Shown piece after piece: positions 56,301-64,000 of a stretch of 64,000 nt of DNA. The stretch's first letter is position 1. Each line of letters starts with the position of its first letter. The notes under the pieces were generated by a model that was given only the letters and a program-made list of their open reading frames with translations, made no database searches and was not told where the DNA came from. Origin of the DNA: a virus; the IMG/VR virus record IMGVR_UViG_3300027963_000041, positions 1 through 64,000 of that record. The stretch is one strand, 5' to 3'. The translations under genes and the position numbers were made by a program.

Positions 56301-58023
56301 TTTCAAGACAGAAATTAACACCGCACCTCAGCCTAGTACTTTGTATAAGGTTGAAATTAATTCTATCTTCACAAGACTTCCACCGCTCACATATGGCGAT
56401 TTGATTATTGGTGATTATGCTCAAGATATAATTTTTTACGAAGCAGACACCAAGTTCAATACTACATTGTACAATGTTGGTGCCGCTAGAAACGAATACA
56501 ACATTGAGATTCCATCGTATGTTGATGTTACGATGGGATTCTATAGTGCTATCACTACAATGCAAGCTGATATTAAATCAGTTGAAATTGATATTGAGTT
56601 GCTACAAAGCGTTTCATCAAGCATCAGAGCAAGTTATAAGATAGATATTCTTTCTGGAGAAGGAATTACAAAAGGACAATTCCTTTTCAAGAATCTTCCT
56701 TTAGATGCATATGCACTAGAACAAATTCAAGAGGTTGCAACCTTAACATTTAATTCTGTTTCTCCAATAACATATCCGAATGCGAGAGCAAGAGTTAATA
56801 GTATTTTTGAAATTGACTTGCCAACAGTTACGCTTACACAACCATTAAATGTTGTGCCAAGTGACTTTTTCCCTGATATAAAATACATTCAGCCACAACT
56901 AAACATTGGTGCCTTAGATTATAGCGAAATTGAAGTTAATGTTGAGACATTTGTAGACGCTACAATGGCATTCTACAGCAATATTGTTACAGTTGAAACC
57001 GACATTAAATCAGTTGAAATTGATATTGAATTGTTTAATTCTGTGGCTTCGTCAGCAAGAACAAAGTATACGATAGAACCGTCTGCAACTAATTTGGTCA
57101 TTCAAAGCACTCCGTTGGCTTCTATTAAGATTGAAATTCTTTCACCAACAGATAGATACAAAGACCAATTCATCAGTAGATTCGCAAATAATTCTATTGC
57201 AAGTTTCGACACCGAGCCTATAGAAGATAGAATTGCTCTTGCGGCCGCAGGTTTTGTAAATGGTAAATATGATTATTACTATCAAAATGCGCGTCTAAAA
57301 CAATTTAGCAATACCGAAATTTCTGTATTAGAAAATCTTTCATTCTTGGATGCATTTGGTAATGATACAGTACGCAAAAATATACCAATCTCAGGTGCAG
57401 TAAATGTTCCGACTGTTATATACGACAATGTTACTTTACAAGTCATCAATGGACAACAAATAAATACTTACGCAAATGCATTATTCTCAGATAGTAGCGG
57501 ATTCCGTCCTGTGGTATTTGGTTCAGAAAATAACGGCACTCAAAACGGCACTATCACTTTCACAGTTCCAGCGGATGCTCCTAGTACGTTATATTACATT
57601 TGTCAATTCCACCACTTGATGCAAGGTGTGCTTTCAATTGTATCAGGATCAGGCTCAGGAGGAGCCAACAATCTTACTACATTTAATGTAACAAACGCTG
57701 GTGCAGGCGCCTATGTAATTGATGGTAACAGTAATCCAACACTAACATTAGTGCGAGGAAATACATACTACTTTGCAGTTTCAGCACCAGGTCATCCGTT
57801 CTGGATTAAAACAAATCCAAATACCGGTACAAGTAATGCATATAACAATGGACTAGCAACCGGCACTAACTTTACCGAAGATTTTAAAGTTCGAGATTAC
57901 ATTATCATTGGAAACGAAAAATTCATTATTACAGATATTGCAAACTCAAATTACATGGAGATTAACGTCTCCGCATCACAAAATTACACCAATGTTCCCG
58001 CTTATAGAGAAATTTTTGTATAA
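53371..58023 (+). CDS. gp7: large baseplate wedge protein (gp7-like) with accessory domains
   Basis: FL.AYY.W, F..LFR.LF.E and LQDS.FYQ.FSYVI...HPAG motifs; lies between gp6 and gp8. Confidence 0.75.
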   Translation: MADTVYYNPTLGLQNITPALDDETFLFFLSAYYDWMQTTDITFNGASGAFSNGEIITGQDSRATATIRYVGSNTITVSMKTEIPFDLGEEFVGGTSANSAFVLELSDNVLRKASHIRENKNNDKAQGQFLEYLKGELNKGIPVKTSADRRRLIAQLKDFFRSKSTEEAYTFLFRALFNETIEIRYPGDDLLRVSDGNFLKQSTIRINDRGVSQLGGEASVVSGNALVIGSNTDFTDFSTSDYFKIGTQQAVVSNVINATHMLATTNFTTTANNQFVYELIPTDIFELKNKTIRGRTSGSIGVVADVRASTLGGKSYADVILRLISGSFAENEIIEDIENPSSNVIVYGVVNGININDGGTGYAVDDVVIITGDGSEAAAKVTSVSEAPITKIVLANTGIGYQNNLSAVINNTGTGGTGFAVKISEIANTYTVGANNQYTVGDTVSLRIVNRGSGYVALPTITLQDTAVASLGLLHDKLIRINNAGTLYQVGDALVFTNPIGFSGNTAVGRVAAVTERWAETPVILVATEIVEPYKNESLLDDFGSNTVSVDGAGDEEVGILIEGSYYDRLKTEDWRAVGPIERLELTHSANGNYAFGSGYSTTSLPTVAVTSANGVGASLQVFNIQGKSAVINIDASNNIAGIGSIREVTILNQGIDYTTATIDASAKGDGNANLTAEIGGLFVDSGRFTNDDGKINFKILQDSLFYQDFSYVIRSGLSFDRYKEIVKEVVHPAGLEFFGEIVITSTISLTANFSSQFAAASAPRFASIFSFLSLFEGIGLPPPVQSSIIVKIKPVVSYVDQAILDLPEQDGGTIQVEINPTINVGAITHTEYRPILSPVIDVGIFGAANVTVIPVSLGTSEYDVILAGASLPATFDPSGAVREINIEPIVINQGITVIESTDPGLKGPLQFWLGPVVVSAEFIFSSVAPRTEVSGGVGIIVSTSTFTDSEYNVEIPIFVGMTPTIIPTDQIATPKFFKTEINTAPQPSTLYKVEINSIFTRLPPLTYGDLIIGDYAQDIIFYEADTKFNTTLYNVGAARNEYNIEIPSYVDVTMGFYSAITTMQADIKSVEIDIELLQSVSSSIRASYKIDILSGEGITKGQFLFKNLPLDAYALEQIQEVATLTFNSVSPITYPNARARVNSIFEIDLPTVTLTQPLNVVPSDFFPDIKYIQPQLNIGALDYSEIEVNVETFVDATMAFYSNIVTVETDIKSVEIDIELFNSVASSARTKYTIEPSATNLVIQSTPLASIKIEILSPTDRYKDQFISRFANNSIASFDTEPIEDRIALAAAGFVNGKYDYYYQNARLKQFSNTEISVLENLSFLDAFGNDTVRKNIPISGAVNVPTVIYDNVTLQVINGQQINTYANALFSDSSGFRPVVFGSENNGTQNGTITFTVPADAPSTLYYICQFHHLMQGVLSIVSGSGSGGANNLTTFNVTNAGAGAYVIDGNSNPTLTLVRGNTYYFAVSAPGHPFWIKTNPNTGTSNAYNNGLATGTNFTEDFKVRDYIIIGNEKFIITDIANSNYMEINVSASQNYTNVPAYREIFV

Positions 58024-58026
58024 ATA
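58019..58026 (+). promoter_or_regulatory. T4-type late promoter
   Basis: TATAAATA upstream of gp8. Confidence 0.8.
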
Positions 58027-58101
58027 AGAGAGACTTTTATGAGTGGATTTTTTACCATAAACGATAAAATAGCCAGAATTGGCTCAACAAGGAGATAAAA
58101 C

Positions 58102-59367
58102 ATGCCAGCAATTGCAACCAGTAAATTCAGAGTGCATAATGCAGAGCAGTTTCTAGAATCATTTTCAGAAGCCTCTAACACCATTATGTACCTTTTCGTA
58201 GGCGGACCAAGCGCATTCGTAGATGACGCTAACCCACCAACACCAACCAACTCAACCGCAAACATTGAATATGTGCCATGGCGCGATACTTTCGGCGCAA
58301 AACGTATTCAGACAACTGACGTTGTTCACGTTGTTGATCGTTATGACTGGGCTTCAGGCACAGTTTATGATCAGTATGATGATCAAGATACAAATATTTT
58401 AGATGATGACTTTTATGTTGTCACAGATGATTATAACGTCTACAAATGCTTGTTCAACAACGGCGGTGGTGCTTCAACAACAAAACCATCTGGCACATCT
58501 ACAAGCCCATTTAATACCGCAGACGGATACAAATGGAAATACATGTACACAATTACTACATCCGATGCGTTGAAGTTTTTGACAAACGACTACATGCCAG
58601 TTCGTACAGACGCAACAGTATCCGCTGCCGCCGTGGGTGGTGCGATTCACGTTATTCAAGTTACAGCAGGTGGTTCAGCATACGCTTCAGCACCAACAGT
58701 AACTATTACAGGTGACGGATCAAGTGCCGCCGCAACAGCAACTGTGGCTGCTGGTGCAGTTACCGCAATTACAGTTGGCACAATCGGTTCTGGATACTCA
58801 AACGCAACAGTATCATTCTCTGGTGGTGGCGGTTCAGGCGCGGCCGCAAGAGCAATCATTTCACCTAAGTACGGTCACGGCAATAATGCAGTTGAAGAAC
58901 TTGGTGGTAAGTTTGTTATGATTAACGTCCGTCTTGACGGTTCTGAAGCAAACACAATTTCTACTGCTAACGACTTCCGTAAGATTGCATTGGTTCGTGA
59001 TCCATTTGAATTTGGTACAGCAACTCGCGCCATTTCTACGAACTATCGTCAGACATATCGTTTCACAATTCCAGCACCAAACACAAACTACGTTGTTGAC
59101 GAAGTAGTAACTTCAGGTTCTAACACCGCGGTTGTTGTTGAATGGGATAGCACCAACAAGTACTTGTACACAACAAAACCAATGCCACAAACATTTGCAA
59201 ATACTGCATCTGTTGTTGGTGCAACTGGTACAACTGGCACAATTACTGCTATTGCTAACTCTCAATTGGAACCATATTCTGGTGACGTTCTTTATATTGA
59301 AAACCGTAGCCCAATTTCTCGCGCGGCTGATCAGATTGAAGACGTTAAACTAGTCATTGAATTTTAA
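58102..59367 (+). CDS. gp8: baseplate wedge subunit
   Basis: FR..NA..F, VYKCL.N, DGYKWKYMY and C-terminal EDVKLVIEF motifs. Confidence 0.92.
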   Translation: MPAIATSKFRVHNAEQFLESFSEASNTIMYLFVGGPSAFVDDANPPTPTNSTANIEYVPWRDTFGAKRIQTTDVVHVVDRYDWASGTVYDQYDDQDTNILDDDFYVVTDDYNVYKCLFNNGGGASTTKPSGTSTSPFNTADGYKWKYMYTITTSDALKFLTNDYMPVRTDATVSAAAVGGAIHVIQVTAGGSAYASAPTVTITGDGSSAAATATVAAGAVTAITVGTIGSGYSNATVSFSGGGGSGAAARAIISPKYGHGNNAVEELGGKFVMINVRLDGSEANTISTANDFRKIALVRDPFEFGTATRAISTNYRQTYRFTIPAPNTNYVVDEVVTSGSNTAVVVEWDSTNKYLYTTKPMPQTFANTASVVGATGTTGTITAIANSQLEPYSGDVLYIENRSPISRAADQIEDVKLVIEF

Positions 59368-59403
59368 TCGTTATTATAATTAAACTTATTGTAGAAAAAA
59401 ACT

Positions 59404-62400
59404 ATGGCTTCTAATCCAGGTGGTGTAAATCTAAACATCAGCCCGTATTTCGATGATTATGATGAAGATAAGAAGTTTGTAAGAGTTCTCTATCGTCCTG
59501 GACGTGCAGTTCAGGCTAGAGAACTTTCACAATCTCAAACATATCAGCAAAAGCAAATTCAACGCTTTGCTGATTACTTCTTCAAGCAAGGATCAATCGT
59601 AAACGGGTGCGAACAAAACTTAGACTTGCGTATGGAGTATGTAAAACTTCAATCAAGTTTTGGTGTTGGCACCGGTGCGGCAACAGTCAATGTAGCATCA
59701 TTTTTGAATGAAACAGTTGTTGGTGCTAACACTGGCGTTCGCGCATACGTTGGTCTTGTTTCAGATATTGAGGGCGATGATCCAAAAACATTGTTCATCA
59801 ATTATACATCATCTGGTTCGATTCTTGTATACAGCAATACTTTACCATCGTTATTGACGGTTGGAAATACAATTTTCTTCCAACCTGTCAATGCGGCCGA
59901 TGCCGCAAATAATTCAAGTACTGGCGGGCTTGCGTCTGCTATTATTAATGGATTTTATGACGACCCTATTACCGGTCAACTAGCCGTTCTCTGTAACGGT
60001 CTTGTGGGCACGCCAAATACTTCAACAACGATTATTGCAAACACTATCACATCCGATGGTGGTAACAATATCATGCTTGTTACTGGTTTCAGCGATAAGA
60101 GAACCTCTATCAAGTTTGAAAATAATGAAAAACTTTACACATACAAACGCTTTGTTTCCGATTTTGGTGATGCAGTTTTTGCAAATACTGCAACAAGTGA
60201 CGCTATTCAATACGTTGAAAATCGCGGTGCGGCAAATGAAGTAGTGTACAAGTATGGTTCTAAATTTACACTAGGTGATGGAACTATTTACCTTTCCGAT
60301 CACTTTATAAAGAATGATTCTCAGACAATTATTCTTGACAAATATAAGAACACTCCATCATATAAAATTGGTGTTGTTCCATCTAAATCTTTTATTGATA
60401 CTGTTGATGATCAATCATTGCTTGACAATGCACAGGGCACACCTAACTTTCAAGCACTTGGCGCAGATCGTCTTAAAATTGACACAGTTCTTACCAAACT
60501 CACTCTATCAGCAAATACTGATGAGACAGAATTTATTAGCGTTACAGAAGTTGAGAATGGTTTGCTTAAACGCAAATTTACTCCTGACGTAGAGAGCAAG
60601 TTAGAAGAAGCAATCGCAAAACGCACCTTTGAAGAATCAGGAAATTATACACTTTCTGATCCAAAGATTTTTGTGCGTGAACACTTAAAACAAACAGACA
60701 ATACAGGTAAATTTACTGCCGCTGAAGGTGGTAACAATGAGTTGCTTGTAATTGAAACTGATCCATTTATTTCATACGTTAAAGGTTTTAGAAATGAATT
60801 GCTTGTAAAAGCATTCACACCTTTGCGTAAGGGTACTGATGAACAGTTTATTGAACAAACAAAAACAACATTGGTTTCAGGTTCTTACATTCCAGTCAAA
60901 GAGTTGGTTGGTGCGTGGGACATTATGGAAAACACAACTGTTGATTTGTACGACACAGTACAACAAGCAATTTCAAATGCAAGTTTTAGTTCAACTACTG
61001 TAAAAGGAACTAAAATAGGTGAAGCACGAATCCGTGCCATTGAATATGCATCAGGCGTTGCTGGTAAATCAGACACAACTTACAACTTGTATCTCTATGA
61101 TATTTCAATGAATCCTGGTAAAAAGTTCCAGGACGTTCGTTCTCTTTACGATGACGTAAGCGGTCTACCTGATCGTTATGCGGATGTTGTGGTTGACGCA
61201 TTTGGTAACGCAACATTGCGCGATGCCGCATTTGAACCTGCAATTTTTAGATTGCCATATACTGGTACCAAAACAATTCGAGACCTTGACAATAACGTAG
61301 AGGCAGGTTTTGGATTCAAAAAAGAATTCTCAGTATTCTTTAACGCTACTGGTATTATTACACTTATTACAACAGACTTGAATGAAACATTCGCGTCTGG
61401 TGCGTCTGATGCACTTAAAAATCAAAACTATCTTGCTGTTCCTACAATTACAGCAAACACTGGCGCTTATACTGGAACTGTAACTACTACATCAGGCAAC
61501 GCCTTAGTTGTTGGTACAAGCACAGCATTTACTACACAATGGGAAATTGGTGACGTAATTCGTGTTGGTGGACAAGATCGAATTATATCAAGCGTTGTGA
61601 ATACAACACACCTACTTGTGTCGTCAAACTTTACTACAACATTTTCAGCAAACACTTATTCAAAAGTATTTCCTGCTGGTTTGCCAGTTCGCTTGTATGG
61701 CCAAGCCGCAAACGGCACAAGAAGCGTAGCACTAGGTTCTGCTGGCGCACAGACCGTTGAAGTAGATTTGAAAGAAAGTAATATTGTTTCTTCAGCAGGT
61801 TCTGGTTTTACTGCGCGAGTAATTGCAACAATGAATCGCGCCAATGCGCGTGAGACAAGAAAAATTCTTGCTAATAACGAAACTGTTATTATTAATGCAA
61901 ATACACATCCAAATGGATTTCAAGGTCCTTACGGACTCGGTTATGGTGATGTTTATCAAATTCGTGCAATCTATCAATCAACTAATTTTAGCACTACACC
62001 AACAACATCAAATACTGTTGTGACAGATAACTATACTTTTGACAATGGTCAAAGAGATACATCATATGAACATGGAAGTATTTCTCCTAAGATTGGTGTC
62101 GTACCATCAGGACAATTGCTTGTAGTTTTTGATCACTTTAACCACGACACATCACAAGGTCTTGGGTATTTGTCAATTGATTCGTATCCAATTAACGATG
62201 CAACTTCATCTAATACATCAATTAGAACAGATCAAATTCCAATCTACAGATCAAGAACTGGTACGTCATTTGATTTGCGCGACTGTTTAGATTTCCGTGC
62301 AATTAAAGCGGCTAACACTACACCAACAAATCCATTACCATCTATCGCTACAGTTTTGACTGGTACAGCGAACGTAGCATTTGGTAGTGCAAATGTAATT

Positions 62401-64000
62401 GGTACTGGAACAACATTCACAACAACAGTTATTGCTGGTGACACTCTTCGTATTTCAAATCAAGAAAGAATTGTTGCGTCTGTTACGAATAACACATTCT
62501 TAACATGTACTACACAATTCTCAAAAACTGCAACAGCACAAACTGTTAATAGCATAAACCCTAATGAATACGTTATCCCTGGCGGCGGTTTACACTTTCC
62601 AGTTCCATCATCTGACTATACCGCAGACTTAATTGTTTACAAAGGTAGAAAAGCAAAACTCTATGTTGATGAAAACGGTGAACTTGGTATCAATGATGGT
62701 TCACCAGGTTACCCATATTCATCACCACCTCCAACAATTCCTGATACACTTGAAATTGCAGAATTGACTATTCCTGTGTATCCTTCTCTTGCAAGAGATA
62801 TTCAGATCGAATCTTATAACAACCGCCGATTCACCATGCGTGATATTGGTAAGTTAAAGACTCGCGTTGAACAGTTAGAGTACTATGCTACACTCAACGA
62901 AACTGAACGTAAAGCAAGTGAGAAAGTTATTCTTGACGATGCTGGTTTAGACAAATACAAAAACGGTGTTCTTGTTGATACTTTCGATGGACATAACATT
63001 GGTGACGTAAACTCAGCAGACTATAAAGTTTCTATTGATAGAACATTCCGCTATGCGACTGCTTATGCAAACAATCAAATTCAAATTGCTTTGAAATATA
63101 ACACAACCGGTTCTTCTGGTGTGTATCGCACACCTGGCAATAAATTGATGTTGGATTATAATGAAGAAACATTCATTGATCAGCCATATGCATCTCAGAC
63201 AATTAATCTAGCACAAGAACTTACATTCACTTGGACTGGTGATTTGGAAGTAGTGCCAGCAACAGATAACTGGATGGATACAAATTATCCACCAGACGCA
63301 AATACAGTTGTTGACTTGACTGGTTTTGCTGATAACTTCAGAACACTTGTCGATGCATGGAACACAGAAGTGGCTCCAATGACACGTTTTTGGACAGGCG
63401 AACCTCCAGTTACTTCACAAACAAACGTGGGTAGTGCGTTCCGCAGTTTCCAACGCGCAACTACATGGGGTCTTGCGGTTCTGCAAGCACAAAGAACACT
63501 TACTACACAAGATCAAATTCAATTTGAAAATCGTGGACAGATTGACATTGCCGCGGCTGACGTAAACAGAGTTACCGAACGTGTTTCTGACGTTTCTATT
63601 AAGCAATGGATGCGTCCACGCGACTTTATTTTCCAAGCACAGTCCATGAAAGACGGTGCAAGAGTTTATGCATTCTTTGATGATATTAACGTAACTGCTA
63701 ACTGCACACAAATTCGTTTGGTTGGTAGCACAACAGTAGATGATTTACTCGACTTGTTTGACACAAATGGTATTCTTGCAACAGATAACACAAAGTATGT
63801 TCGTTTGCCTGCTGGTACATTGCGTACAGAAAGAAATAGAATCTTCGGTCTCTTCAGAGTACCTGAGAATCGTTACTATACCGGTCAACGCACATTCCGT
63901 TTGACTGACGATATAGACAATCGCGTATCTACTGCCACAACAATTGCAAGTACATCAATCTTCTCACAAGGCCTTGCAATCTCTAAGGGGCTTGATATTG
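59404..64000 (+). CDS. large virion structural protein, DUF4815/VrlC-like (runs off the window)
   Basis: Manual translation MASNPGGVNLNISPYFDDYDEDKKFVRVLYRPGRAVQARELSQSQ...; later GADRLKI and RRFTMRDIG motifs; apparently absent from the track because no stop falls in the window. Confidence 0.85.
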   Translation, partial: MASNPGGVNLNISPYFDDYDEDKKFVRVLYRPGRAVQARELSQSQTYQQKQIQRFADYFFKQGSIVNGCEQNLDLRMEYVKLQSSFGVGTGAATVNVASFLNETVVGANTGVRAYVGLVSDIEGDDPKTLFINYTSSGSILVYSNTLPSLLTVGNTIFFQPVNAADAANNSSTGGLASAIINGFYDDPITGQLAVLCNGLVGTPNTSTTIIANTITSDGGNNIMLVTGFSDKRTSIKFENNEKLYTYKRFVSDFGDAVFANTATSDAIQYVENRGAANEVVYKYGSKFTLGDGTIYLSDHFIKNDSQTIILDKYKNTPSYKIGVVPSKSFIDTVDDQSLLDNAQGTPNFQALGADRLKIDTVLTKLTLSANTDETEFISVTEVENGLLKRKFTPDVESKLEEAIAKRTFEESGNYTLSDPKIFVREHLKQTDNTGKFTAAEGGNNELLVIETDPFISYVKGFRNELLVKAFTPLRKGTDEQFIEQTKTTLVSGSYIPVKELVGAWDIMENTTVDLYDTVQQAISNASFSSTTVKGTKIGEARIRAIEYASGVAGKSDTTYNLYLYDISMNPGKKFQDVRSLYDDVSGLPDRYADVVVDAFGNATLRDAAFEPAIFRLPYTGTKTIRDLDNNVEAGFGFKKEFSVFFNATGIITLITTDLNETFASGASDALKNQNYLAVPTITANTGAYTGTVTTTSGNALVVGTSTAFTTQWEIGDVIRVGGQDRIISSVVNTTHLLVSSNFTTTFSANTYSKVFPAGLPVRLYGQAANGTRSVALGSAGAQTVEVDLKESNIVSSAGSGFTARVIATMNRANARETRKILANNETVIINANTHPNGFQGPYGLGYGDVYQIRAIYQSTNFSTTPTTSNTVVTDNYTFDNGQRDTSYEHGSISPKIGVVPSGQLLVVFDHFNHDTSQGLGYLSIDSYPINDATSSNTSIRTDQIPIYRSRTGTSFDLRDCLDFRAIKAANTTPTNPLPSIATVLTGTANVAFGSANVIGTGTTFTTTVIAGDTLRISNQERIVASVTNNTFLTCTTQFSKTATAQTVNSINPNEYVIPGGGLHFPVPSSDYTADLIVYKGRKAKLYVDENGELGINDGSPGYPYSSPPPTIPDTLEIAELTIPVYPSLARDIQIESYNNRRFTMRDIGKLKTRVEQLEYYATLNETERKASEKVILDDAGLDKYKNGVLVDTFDGHNIGDVNSADYKVSIDRTFRYATAYANNQIQIALKYNTTGSSGVYRTPGNKLMLDYNEETFIDQPYASQTINLAQELTFTWTGDLEVVPATDNWMDTNYPPDANTVVDLTGFADNFRTLVDAWNTEVAPMTRFWTGEPPVTSQTNVGSAFRSFQRATTWGLAVLQAQRTLTTQDQIQFENRGQIDIAAADVNRVTERVSDVSIKQWMRPRDFIFQAQSMKDGARVYAFFDDINVTANCTQIRLVGSTTVDDLLDLFDTNGILATDNTKYVRLPAGTLRTERNRIFGLFRVPENRYYTGQRTFRLTDDIDNRVSTATTIASTSIFSQGLAISKGLDI

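Noticed and set aside
59404-64000. Apparent 4.6-kb region without a long ORF in the track
   Set aside because: It reads as one plus-strand gene running off the window end; the small ORFs listed there are shadows

Overview
A 64-kb segment of a large T4-like (myovirus) phage genome, read in the standard genetic code; the host is probably a Proteobacterium, and the tmRNA tag looks betaproteobacterial. In order: (1) a 15-tRNA cluster (1-4.6 kb) interrupted by a sigma70-type operon made of three stem-closed RNA units that share a TTCAGCAA motif, followed by a DUF2828/Ro60(TROVE)-like vWA gene; (2) a minus-strand cluster of membrane and coiled-coil genes; (3) an early region of small ORFs driven by six near-consensus promoters, each with a TGTTG-N8-CAACA palindrome 12-13 bp upstream of the -35 box; (4) auxiliary genes (PhoH, exonuclease, MazG-like, a circularly permuted two-piece tmRNA, a transporter); (5) a sugar cluster resembling the yersiniose pathway (RfbH, TPP enzyme, SDR, 4,6-dehydratase, two glycosyltransferase-like genes); (6) gp33-gp59-gp32; (7) tail and baseplate genes, ending in a DUF4815/VrlC-like virion protein that runs off the window. 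The best candidate for an undescribed system is the TTCAGCAA RNA array plus the Ro60-like protein inside the tRNA cluster. All family assignments come from recognising motifs by eye; no searches were run.
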